Positions 39,229 to 50,019 of a stretch of DNA of 63,484 nt are shown here, in pieces; the stretch's first letter is position 1; every line of letters starts with the position of its first letter. Below the pieces are notes generated by a model. It was not told the origin of the DNA and ran no database searches. It saw only the letters and a list, made by a program, of their open reading frames with translations. The DNA lies in NCBI RefSeq assembly GCF_016433145.1, contig NC_058132.1, positions 479,124,124 through 479,187,607 of the forward strand, in the 5' to 3' direction. The DNA is from Gracilinanus agilis (taxonomy: Eukaryota). A program made the position numbers and the translations under genes.

Positions 39229-39799
39229 AGACTTATGATTTTATTGACATAGAATATTTTGATTATGGAAATTCCCTCCATAAGATGTTGGGTGAAAGTA
39301 TCATTTGCAACTTCTAGTCATAGAGGATTAAATGGGGGAATTGAAAGGTTATTTAACTTGCTCATGGTCACCCAACCACTATGAGTCACTAAGTGGCAGA
39401 ACTTGAAACCAGTGCTCCATCCTTTCTAGTGTCCTGCTGTCAATCTCACTATATAACATCTTGAGATTCAACTAGAATCATAGGACCAGAAATCTAGAGC
39501 TTAAAAGAACCTCAAAGGAAATATAGTCCAAAATCTTCATTTTGAATATTTAGAGTAAACTAAGGCTATGGAAAAAAAAACTCATTGACTCATGGCTAGC
39601 AGTGACATGGTGGAAATTTGAATCCAGAACCTCTAATTTCAGTATCTCATTTTTCCATTGCTGCATGACATCACTCATTCATTGTTTCCCCATTGTGTAT
39701 TTGGTAGAAATACAAATTATTTCTTTTTTCCCCCTCTCTCCTCATCGCTTTCCTCCACCTTCCTTCTTAACCCCACTCAACTGAATAAAAAAATTTCTT

Positions 39800-40318
39800 C
39801 AGAACTAGAAAGTGGAAGATCATGACTTATCCAGCTGAGCCAGTATAAGATTGTCCATTTAACTTGGGAGGACATAGCTGATCCTGAAAGGGAGTCATGC
39901 CAGGGCCTGGGTTTCTCATCATTTTTGGAAGCTAGGCATGCACATGCATAGAGTAAGCCTCAAGGTTGGACCCTGAAGTAGATTCCCTGCTAAAGACATG
40001 TTACATCACAGGATGATTGGCACAGAGAATAAACAGGAACACCTGCTGATTATTTGCCCACTTGGTTGATTCACTCAAGATAGGCTGAAAAGCCAGGACA
40101 GATTCTATAAGATTGTCAAAAGTGACTCACTGAAAGAACCAGGCAGCTACAAAGAATGAAGTGAACTATCTCTTCTCATTATAGTCAGGAGACCAAGCCT
40201 GTGATATCTCTAGGAGCTCAATCTAAATAAGGCCCTATCCTCTCGTTTCTTTCACATTATGAATAAAAACATGAAATTAGTTTTATGTCAGAAGAACAAC
40301 CCCTAAGACACTTGTAAC
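39800..40318 (+). mobile_element. Possible solo LTR
   Basis: Locally GC-richer non-SINE/LINE block with AATAAA near 40262 followed by a U5-like segment; termini not resolved. Confidence 0.3.
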
Positions 40319-40734
40319 TTATAATTATGATTTCTAAGCTGTTTGGCTTGTCAGTATCAAGGAATTCACAGCCTACGACTTCTAGGACTTTATAGGCTGA
40401 GACACACTGCACTAGCTGTGGAAAATTAACTATGAATCTCTCATCTGCATTCTGATTTATTAACTACAGTGAAAAACAGAAACTAAGAAAATGGACTCGA
40501 CATCCAGAGAATATTGGCTGTGAAAGGACCCTGTGGATATGTTTCACTGCTTCCCCAAAGAGTTATATTTATAAGTGATAACAAGGTGTGGAGGTGGTAC
40601 TCTCCCCCAAAGACCCAATACTTCCTAAAAATCTTTATTCCTTAGCACTTTCCAGAGAGGACAGTAGGTAAAAATGATTGTGCTCCATTTTACAGATGTA
40701 GAAATGAAGGCAAAGAGAAGTGAAATCATTTGCC

Positions 40735-41048
40735 TAATATATGAATGGAGTTTTGGTCTTAAAAGATAAAGTGGGTGACAACTCAGAAACAAATGAATGC
40801 CCTCTGGGAAGTCCAAAGCAAAGTTATAGATGGCAACTGGTCCCCATAAAGTGGAGGAAGGGACAGGAAGTGATGTGGGAAAAGCACTATAAAAACTCTG
40901 AACTTTCTGTCCAAACAGACTTTTTCCTTCGAACTTGGCCTTGGAGGAATTCCAGCAAACAGTTTTGAGTTATAATACATGTATAACTCAGAAAAAATTA
41001 AAATGATCAATAATCACATAAAAATAAATGCTTTTTGATAGAAAAAAA
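40735..41048 (+). mobile_element. Polyadenylated LTR-like (U3-R) fragment retroposed into a MIR
   Basis: TSD GAAATCATTTGCC at 40722-40734 and 41049-41061; AATAAA at 41023-41028; A tail 41042-41048; CTATAAAA near 40887. Confidence 0.7.
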
Positions 41049-41286
41049 GAAATCATTTGCCCAAGAAAATATAACTACATAGATATAGATATGTGTGTAT
41101 GTATATATTTGTATATCTTGATCTTCTTAATCTTTTTCCATATTTCTCATATATATAACTTATAGGCATGATTTCAAATAATATAATTAAGGACATTGGA
41201 CACTTACATATTGGACACCAGGAAGCTAAAAAGAACCCAAAAACTAATCATAAGTCACTCAACATTAAAGGCAATAAATACTCTGA

Positions 41287-41480
41287 TTTTTTTTGGGGGG
41301 GAACCCTTATTTCCATCTTAGAATCAATACTCTCCACTGGTTTCAAAGAAGAAGAATGGTAAAAACTAAGAAACAGGAGTTAAGGGACTTTCCTAGGGTC
41401 ACACAGCTAGGACGTATCTGAGACCAGATTTGAACCTAGGACCTCCCATCTCCAAGTTTGGCTCTCTTTCCACTGATACT
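41287..41480 (-). mobile_element. SINE1_Mdo-type SINE
   Basis: AACCCTTATTTCCATCTTAGAATCAATAC...GATTTGAACCTAGGACCTCCC. Confidence 0.85.
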
Positions 41481-42529
41481 CTTCTAATAAACACAATTCT
41501 TCTAGTTCAGTGGTCCTCAAAGAGTGAGTGGAAGTTTTGTTAAATATGCTACAAAATTTGAGATATCACATTATTGCAGATAAAAGGTGTATGCTTTTCT
41601 TTAATATAGTTTTTTCATCATATGCCGCATGATAAAAATAATATTCTCAAAATTAAAGAAGAATTTCTCTTTATACATTCACATGAACTTCAAAATATAT
41701 TCCCCTTGAATATACAAAGAACTCAATAAAAATGACTACTCTTAACTAAAGGGAAACTAAACCCATGTCAGTGTTTTGACTCTCTCTTATGTTGCTAACT
41801 TAAAGTTATATTGGTCCTTTATTCCTTAATGAACATAAGCAAAAAAATTTTAATGACTTCAAATTCAACAAAGAAATTAATATTGTTGAAACACTGGTCC
41901 TAAGTACTATTTTCAGTGTATAAATATGTAGACTATCCCATTAGCTATAACTTTGATTGCTTTTTCAACCATTCTCCAATGAAAAATCATGAAATTCTTG
42001 TTATTTGCCTATAGATTATCAAACCTGGAGTGTAACTCAAACAGCCAGGTAAAACCTATTTGACTATTCACAAAAGGAAAGAACAAAATGAAACAAAGCA
42101 CAAATTTTCTTTGACGTGAAGGAATGGTGTAGTTGAAGCTAGATGGATAGATAGGTAGAAAGATCCAAAGATCCAGTTCTCAACTCCCTTTCTATCAAGC
42201 ATGATTTAAGTCTGAGTTGTCTTTGTTAACTGGGAATGATGTGTGTAAAAACAGAATTGTTTACAATTCCAGAATTTTTCTTATGTTGGTAATCATATGA
42301 AAATGTTTTAAATATTCCAGAGATGAATTTTACTTAGATGTCTAAGACCACTGTTCATTTCCCAGTTAAAACCATGAATTTTTAAAGTAGAGGCAAGAAA
42401 AACATGTTATTTCCAATGAGCTGCTTCACAGATTTTCAAATGCTTTTGAGTCATGCTGATTTCTAGACTTAAACCACCTGATCTCCTCTTAGAAACAGAA
42501 CAGTAACTTAAAACTAACATCTTGAGCAT

Positions 42530-43690
42530 AAAAGGGAAGCAATTGAAAAGGAAATAAATATTTGTGTTAATATCTCAAATAAACTTTCATATCTGAGAAT
42601 ATAGATAATTAAGAGAAAAGAATAAAAATTTTAAAAATTCAACAATAGAATATGAACAAATAATTCTTGAAAGAATTCCAAACGAATGACAACCATATAA
42701 GAGAATATTCTAAATGACAAATAATAAGGTCAATGCAAAACACAAAAAAACTCAGAGATTTTTTCTCATCTGCCCCAAATTGGTAAATATTAAAAGAAGA
42801 GTCAATGTTGGATAAGCTTTAGAAAGTTCATTGTTGTTGTTCAGTAATTTCAGTTGTGTCCAAATCTTCATGACCCAACTTGGGATTTTCTTGGCCAAGA
42901 TACTAGAGTGGTTTACCATTTGCTTCTCTAGTTCATTTTATAGATGAGAAAACTGAAACCAACAAGGTTAAGTGACTTGCCCAGGGTCACAGAGCTAGCA
43001 TGTGTCTGAGGCCAGATTTGAACTCATGTTTTCCTGACTTCAGGCCTGGCATTCTGTTCACTGCTCCATCTAGCTATCAAAGAACATTAATATTAATATT
43101 AGTGAATTAGTGCAAATAAAATGGGAAGCGTTTTGAAATTCTACAAATAAAGTGACTAAAATGTCCACAGTCTTTGACTCAGAGATTCCATTGCTAGACA
43201 TATACTACAGGAAGGACATTGATTAAAAAAATAATGTACTCATGTATAAAAAATATTCATAATCACATTTTTGCAGAAGTAAAGAACTAGAAACAAAATA
43301 TATTTCCATTGATTATGGAATGGCTAAGCAAATTATGGTACAAAAACATCATGGAATATTACTATCCTCTAAGAAACTATAGAATATGAACACAGAAAAG
43401 CATGGAAAAACTTCCATAAACTGATGCAAAATGAAATAAGTAGATCCAAGAAAACAGTACATAATACATCTAGAAATATATTAAAAGAAAAACCACTCCA
43501 AAATATTTGAAAAATAAGTGTTGTGAAATTTCCAAGAACAAGCATGTCCTCCAAAAGAGAGACTTGAGTAGATACCTCCCCCAACCATTTACAGGGAAGG
43601 GGGGAGTACTAATGTTTGTGTAATGTTCCCTATATTGTCAGCTTTTTAAAAAGAATTTAATTAAAATAAATATTTTCTCTGCATCCCAAC
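42530..43690 (+). mobile_element. Old L1 ORF2 C-terminus and 3'UTR, split by the MAR1 at 42831-43077
   Basis: TTTGACTCAGAGATTCCATTGCTAG ('FD..IPLL'), ATGGAATATTA, ACTGATGCAAAATGAAATAAG L1 3' motifs. Confidence 0.8.
42831..43077 (-). mobile_element. MAR1-type SINE
   Basis: TTGTTGTTGTTCAGT...TTTTCTTGGCCAAGATACTAGAGTGGTTTACCATTTGCTTCTCTAG followed by CORE and head. Confidence 0.9.
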
Positions 43691-43692
43691 CA

Positions 43693-43873
43693 TTTTTTTA
43701 AACCCTTAACTTCTGTGTATTGGCTCCTAGGTGGAAGAGTGGTAAGGGTGGGCAATGGGGGTCAAGTGACTTGCCCAGGGTCACACAGCTAGGAAGTGTC
43801 TGAGGCCGGATTTGAACCTAGGACCTCCCATCTCTAGGCCTGACTCTCAATCCACTGAGCTACCCAGCTGCCC
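43693..43873 (-). mobile_element. Young SINE1_Mdo-type SINE
   Basis: Near-consensus sequence ending TCCACTGAGCTACCCAGCTGCCC. Confidence 0.95.
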
Positions 43874-43879
43874 TTCAAG

Positions 43880-44560
43880 CATTTATTTTTTAAAAAGAAA
43901 AGATAAAAAATTCTTGACAAATATGCATAATCAAACAAAACACATTCTTTCATTAATTATGTCCTTCAAAGTATACACATTCTATATCCGGAATCCATTG
44001 CTTCTCTGTCAGGAAGAAGTCAACAGGTTTCATTATTAGTCCTTGTGTAAATCAGTGTTCTTATCATTTTCAAAGCCATTTGCTTTTACACCGTTGTTAT
44101 TGTATGAAAGATTTTTGATGAATCGATTGGTTTTACTGATTTTTTTTCCCTTTTCTTATTCTCTTTCTCCCTTTGCTATATGGATGGATTTCTGGGAGTG
44201 GGAGAGATACAAGGGGAAATTTAAGCAATGTGAAAAACAAGATACCAATAAAATTTATTATTTTTTAAAAGAAAAAGTAAATGTTATAAAATTACAAAGA
44301 AGAAGCTTGGTTCCCAAAAAAGTCCTATCAAAAGACATCACCTTCTATCCTTTTGAAGAAGTGGGAAGTCCCATATGTGAAACATGATATATACTGTCAG
44401 ACTTTTTAATATATTGATAAATTTTGTTGATTTGTTTTTCTCTTCTTCCTCTCAAAAAATCATTATTTGGAATGAATTTCTGGGATGGGGAGAAAGGAAA
44501 TCAGAGAAAAATTAGATGCTATGAAAACAAAAGATATCAATAAAATTTGGTTTTAAAAAA
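43880..44560. mobile_element. Mosaic of L1-type 3' terminal fragments (two copies of the GATTTCTGGGA...AAGATA.CAATAAAATTT end, about 44130-44270 and 44420-44560)
   Basis: Internal duplication seen directly; family assignment from resemblance to marsupial L1 3'UTRs. Confidence 0.55.
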
Positions 44561-44749
44561 TATGATATGATTCCTACTTGGGAAAGAAATGTATTGAACC
44601 ATCTTACTGGATGATCCATTTAAAATAAGTCCCACATAATGGTGCCAAGACTGCTTAGAACATTTGAAAAAAATCTCCAAAAAATCCTGTTCTGATACCT
44701 CATCATGCCGCATGCATCTATATAGATTTGGGCTTGATCTTAGAGGCTT

Positions 44750-46455
44750 TGATAGTGAAGCACATACTCTTTCCATTCTGGAAAGACTTCAAGAATGGTA
44801 AGGGCCCAACAACAGAGTTTATGCTTTCCAAAGACCAGCTGTGCCAAATATGTAGATACACATAGCACCCCGAGCCTCACTATTTGCTAATAAATTTTTG
44901 GGCAATGAAACCTGTGAATTGACAAAAAATGCAAAATGGACCTCAGACTTATATGGCTCTCCTCTTCTTCTGCAATGACCATACCAAGATAATAGAAAAG
45001 TGGGGAGAAGGTATTGAAACTCTTTGAACTTCTTTTTCATGTACAATTTCAACTTTGCTATTGTTAATCTAAATTTGACTGTTTATCTAGAGACCAGAGA
45101 ATTCACATATTACTGAGAAAACAATGATAAAACACTAACTTTTTCATCATAAATGAAACCAGAAGGAAGTTACCGTTGAATGAAAGATAAATGCTCACAA
45201 GTTTTCCTTGGAGGAAAATATAAAGAAATTGGAAGAATTGGTGTTGATTTTATCATGTACTCAAAGGCAGCCAAAAAAACATCATTTTTGACATTTGGTT
45301 AAACATAATAAATGAACATTCACATTTTCAAGAAGAATACCATAAAAATAATAGAAATTTCTGTGCCCATATCTATTGAAGAGGTTAAAAAAATTCTACA
45401 AAGATTACAAATTAGTCAGCATTTTTATAATGAAAAATTATATCACATTTTATCACATGTGCAATAGGCTAGCTGGACATATGTTAGAAGGTTTGAATTT
45501 GAAAGAAAATATACAAGTCTCTGTCAAGTCTAATCTCTGTGTTGATCTTAGACACATAAGTGTCACACAAAGCTTTACGATCTGATTAAACTGATGCTTC
45601 TTGGTACTGAGATTCAGCATGAAACCTACAGAGTTGTCTTGAGTCTTCTTTGTAGCTAAATCATGAGTAATAATGACTATCAAGTTCCTAAGGACATTTT
45701 TCTCGAGGTTAAATTCCCTAAAACCAAAATATCTTGGGTTAATAAAAGGGGAACGGAGGAGATGTCTTGTTATTTTTTTTCTTTTTTGTGGCCACAAATT
45801 CTCTTTAACATTGTCTTCTTGACCTTCACTGACTTCAGCTTTCCCTTTGTTTTAATAAGGCAATTTATTTCTTTGCTTTTGGAATCATCTTGGAGAAAAG
45901 GAAATGGATACCTTAATATTTTAGTAAAGGTGAATAATAAAGAAACATGACAGAAAATAAGTTGTAGAATATATTCAAAGCTCATGTCTATATATCATGA
46001 ATATATTCTCTGAGAAGAGTTAGGAGGCACTGTATATGTAAAACACCAAATTAAATCTTAAAATAAGAAATTGATTATATTTTAATGGAAGAGAAATTAT
46101 TCTCATTTCTGAATTCATTGATCTGAAGTGATCTGAGTCAACTGATTTTTACAATGGGATCATCAACTTTCTTAGAAAAAATAATAATTAATATAAAACT
46201 AGAAAACTAAAAATGGAAGATAGGACATTCAATTGAGGAAATTCTAATCTAACCTATTTAAATGAACTATTGATGTTGAAAACTGAAAAATGGATAAAAG
46301 AATGGACATTAATATGGATTATCATTTCCTACGGATGCTTTATCTATTCGCATCCCTTGTCTGTCGTAGTGACTACTGTCTTCTTTTGCTGGGGTTTGTT
46401 CTTTTCAGCAACTTATAAAAGAACCTCATGACTCTCAGTGACCCACTTTTCCATT
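44750..46455 (+). other. Endogenous viral element: decayed bornavirus-like L (RdRp) gene fragment (EBLL-type)
   Basis: Colinear matches to BoDV-1 L as I recall it (window vs virus): LQEW*GP 44787-44807 vs QKSWYFP; SLFANKF..KNAKW to 44939 vs SIFRAEF..KNAKW; RKVGRR 44994 vs RELGRW; NDKTL 45123 vs SDKAI; KYKEIGRIGVDF 45216 vs KEKELKVKGRFF; SVPISIEEVKKILQRL 45360 vs SMTMSSTALTHLLNRL; HVQ*ASW 45456 vs motif A NLDYSSW; EEM..RQFISLLLESSW 45756-45893 vs EGMRQKLWTILTSCW; NILVKVNNK 45915 vs motif C NILGQGDNQ; after a frameshift EKS*EALY..NLKI 46012 vs ERALGALY..NLKV and *LYFNG 46072 vs KLFFRG; LSDPL 46434 vs MSDPL. About 15 in-frame stops in 44790-45950. Confidence 0.85.
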
Positions 46456-46589
46456 AAAAAAGTCTCAACTCCTTAAATTTCTCCTGCCAAATCAATAGTG
46501 TTTTTTAATCACATCACAGTTTCCAAATATTTATATTTCTCATTTTGTTGACTTTATCATTTTTTTAAAATTCTACTAACATTGTTCTA

Positions 46590-46760
46590 TTTGATTCTCA
46601 CAACAATCATTTTATTATCTCCAATATATAGATGAGAAAACTGAGGCTAAAAGAGCTTATTATTTGCATAGCATCACACAGATAATAAGCACTTGGATTC
46701 TAATTCAGGTCTTTATGACCCCAAATCTAATACTCGATCTACTGTGCCATCCAGTTGCCC
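46590..46760 (-). mobile_element. MIR SINE
   Basis: ATAGATGAGAAAACTGAGGCT...GGATTCTAATTCAGGTCTT. Confidence 0.75.
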
Positions 46761-47229
46761 AGTTCTACCAAATTTGGTCATAAATATACAAATGCAAATT
46801 AGAGGACACATCTTTCATACTTTGCAGTTCTGTAGTTTTCAGCAAGGTAGTCAATCTCTTTGGTGTTCCTCAAACTGTGCTTTTTTAATAAATAAAAGAT
46901 ATTTCTCTGTTTTTTTTTGGACTGTTTTCATCCAAATAAGATATCACTCCACCTGATTGAAAAAGAGATTCAGGTCTTTAAATTAATCCCTGAGATAATT
47001 TTATTTTAAGAACTATATGAAATTCCATTTAAACTCTGATTCTTCATGCATTTTAACAGAATGTATTAAAACAAAATTATTTTTCTGTTTGAGGGGAAGC
47101 TAAGTGGCCCAGTGGATAGAGTACTTCCTGATTAGAGTCAGGAAGACTCATCTCTCTGAACTCAAATCTGGCCTCAGACAATACAAATCTCATCCTTGAC
47201 ATAGAACATATTTTCTGTCCTTTTAATCA

Positions 47230-47490
47230 ACTGAATTTTATGAAAAAAACTTTAAAAAGACAGCATACCTTATAGTTGTACCAATTCGCAACTCTACCAA
47301 CCATGTATGAGTGACCCTGTTTTACCACAACCCCTCCAACATTTGCTATTCCCATTTTATGGCCATCTTTGACAAATTTTGTTCTATGAGGTGAAATCCC
47401 TTGGTTATCTTGATTTAGATTTCTCCTAAGAATAGTAATTTGGACCATTCTTTCATGTGGTAGTTAATAACAGTAATTCTTTTTAGAACT
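47230..47490 (-). mobile_element. L1 ORF2 C-terminal fragment
   Basis: ORF 47227..47448(-) 'NVGGVVVKQGHSYMVGRVANWYN' is frameshifted L1 'CWRGCG..GTL.HCWW..NWYN'. Confidence 0.75.
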
Positions 47491-47498
47491 ATATAAAC

Positions 47499-47702
47499 CA
47501 GTGATGGGCAAACTATAGCCCATGGGCCAGATGCGGTCCCCTGAAATGGTCTACCCCACTCCAGGACATTATTCCTAATCTGACGAATACAATGAGTAGG
47601 ATACAATACAATGAAACTTTGAAAGATTTGTCTGAGAAACAGACTGACAGATGTGCATTTCCTTTCCTTTGGCCCTCTCTTTAAAAAGTTTGTCCATCAC
47701 TG
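47499..47702. mobile_element. Non-autonomous hAT (Charlie-like) MITE, 204 bp, inverted copy of 17339-17541
   Basis: TIRs CAGTGATGGGCAAACT / AGTTTGTCCATCACTG; 8-bp TSD ATATAAAC (47491-47498) / ATATATAC (47703-47710). Confidence 0.9.
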
Positions 47703-48064
47703 ATATATACTATTAATGTCCTTTAACCACTTAAGTCCCAAGAATGGTAATTAAGACATTTATAACATCACTGCCATAATTGACCAAGAAGGCTAAATAT
47801 TTGGACACTGACATCATAGTCTGATACATCTATATATCTCCCCTTTCCTCATCCAAGTTGAATTTTCAACTGGTTTGAGTCTATTGTTGGCAGTCTGCCA
47901 GCCTCACTTTATGAAGAAGGAAACTAATGAGGTTTAATGAATTGCCCATGGATGCCTCATGAGCAAGTATGAGAGAAGTCCTATAATCCAGCTTTCTTCT
48001 GTCTCCAGGCCCCATGCTCTTTCCATGTTGCTTTTCTTATTCTTGCTGTCACACCTCTTATTAA

Positions 48065-48313
48065 TTTTTGTAGCCATTTAGTTGGGAGTTTCTGACTCCC
48101 AGTTTGGGGATATTCTTGGCAATGATACTGGAATTATTGGCCATTTCCTTCTTCAGCTTATTTTATAAATGAAGAACTAAGGCAAACAAGATTAAGTAAA
48201 CTTTGCTCAGGGTTACCCAGAGAGTAAGTGTCTGAGGCCAGATTTGAACTCAAGAAGATGAGTCTTGCTGATTTCAAGCCCAGTGCTCTAACCACTGTAC
48301 AACTTAACTGTCC
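48065..48313 (-). mobile_element. MAR1-type SINE
   Basis: TTCTTGGCAATGATACTGGAA...CCATTTCCTTCTTCAG tail; GTCTGAGGCCAGATTTGAACTC head. Confidence 0.85.
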
Positions 48314-49029
48314 AGACATTAGTATTTATGAACAATGTCCTGAATGGTACAGGTACTTAAGAAATATTTGTTTGTTTTGTTTCAACTGAAGTCACTCTGA
48401 TAGGGAAGGTCTGAGCTGGCACTAAAAGCTATATTTCCATATTTCCATGTTAATGACACATATCATGTGTTTTAAAACCAAATGCATAAAATACTCCAGA
48501 TATGTTTCTGTGCTATATTAGGAATATTACCTCTTTTGATCTGGAAAGAATCCTTCTATTAATGCAACCCAATACCAAGCTTCTGAACCAAATTTTTCTT
48601 CTGCTGCCTTATTTTACTATGTTTGGAACCCTCTCTTCTCTAAGGCTATATTCCAAGAGCTCAAATGCTGCCAGTTCCTACAAGCTGGAAAGGTTTTAAA
48701 AGCTTGGATCCAATAATAGAATAAAAGAATAGTCTGTTACCTGAGGACCAGAGTCAAACTAGTCTGTCACCAGAAAGTTGACCACAAAGACTTATTTTAA
48801 ATGCTATAATCCTGAAGTTAATCTTTTTTTATATATATAGCAATCTAGAAAGAGCATCTCTGGTACAAGGTTCTCTTAGTCAATGGAGTAAATACCTAGT
48901 CAGATGGTAGCATTACACCTTGAAGTGCTGCAATAAGACAGATTTCATTCTTATAGTTATCTCATCCCACTACTGGTTCCCATTAAGCCAGCATTCAAGC
49001 AAAAGCCCAAGTTCCTTCTCACATTGAGA

Positions 49030-49730
49030 ACTACAAATGCCGTTATTATCCTGGAAGTGGTTTGGTAAAGCAGAAAGGATGCCAAATGTAAGCCCAGAAG
49101 ACCTGGATTCTAATTCTGGCTCAATCCCTTACAATTTGTGTGATATCAGCAAGTTTTGTGGTGGGATCATAAAGCTAGAATTGGAGGGGACCTCAGATAA
49201 TAGCTAATGTTTCTATTGTGCCTATTATGTGCTAAATTCTTACTAAATATTATTTCATTTAATATCTCACAACTACCCTATTGTCAATGAAAGGTTGATG
49301 TTATTATTAGCCTTATTTTATAATTGAGGAAAACAAGGCAAATAGAATTTAAGTGACTTGTTTAAGCTAAAAAGTGTCTGATTATATCTAATCCAATTCC
49401 CTCATTTTACAAATTTTTATTTGTAATTTTCAATTTTTGTACAATATTAGTACAATTTGTGCAATATTTGTAATTTACAATTTACAAATTTATGTCATGT
49501 CTTAATCTTAAAGTTTGTAAAGTCCTTCACATAATTAACTTTTTTGTTCCTCAAAACCTATGAAACAGGTATTGCTCTTATGCCCATTTTGTAGATAAGA
49601 AAACTGAGAACGACTGAGGTTTATGTAACTCGTCTATAGCTGTATAGACAATAAAGCTCAGTGTCCCAATTCCAATCCAGATCTTCCTGTTTCCAAGTCC
49701 AAATCTCTTTCCCCTATGCACACTGCTTCC
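49030..49730. mobile_element. Cluster of nested MIR relics with a degenerate (ACAATTT)n tract at about 49410-49495
   Basis: CORE motifs in both orientations; tract read directly. Confidence 0.6.
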
Positions 49731-50019
49731 CAATAATTACTAGAAAGATGCAATATTTTAAAATGTCAACCTTCCAATGTTAGTCAACTATTCCAATGAC
49801 ATAAGGTCAGGATGCTGTGTACTAGCTTGCTACAAAGATCACTTTTAAACTAACTGGTTTGTTTGTAATACATCTAATGAATGACTGCATGACATTTGTT
49901 TGCAAAATGATAACCTTCAGAATGCTATCTACGGTAATCCCCTGACTAATTCAATCACCTTTCAGATCAAAAGTGGGGAAGTTAGTCATGACACATCTCT
50001 TAGTCACTTTTCATAAAGG

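Noticed and set aside
45200-45480. Resemblance to filovirus L (FSLEE..KLEEL; Q*ASW vs HQASW)
   Set aside because: The two hints lie in different frames with nothing convincing between them; the bornavirus-type alignment explains more motifs in one frame.
45463-45510. NRLAGHMLEGLNLKE in ORF 45376..45585 resembles BoDV motif D ARLAGHNLK
   Set aside because: Different frame, overlaps motif A and is out of order; the colinear motif D match is at 46012-46065. Treated as coincidence.
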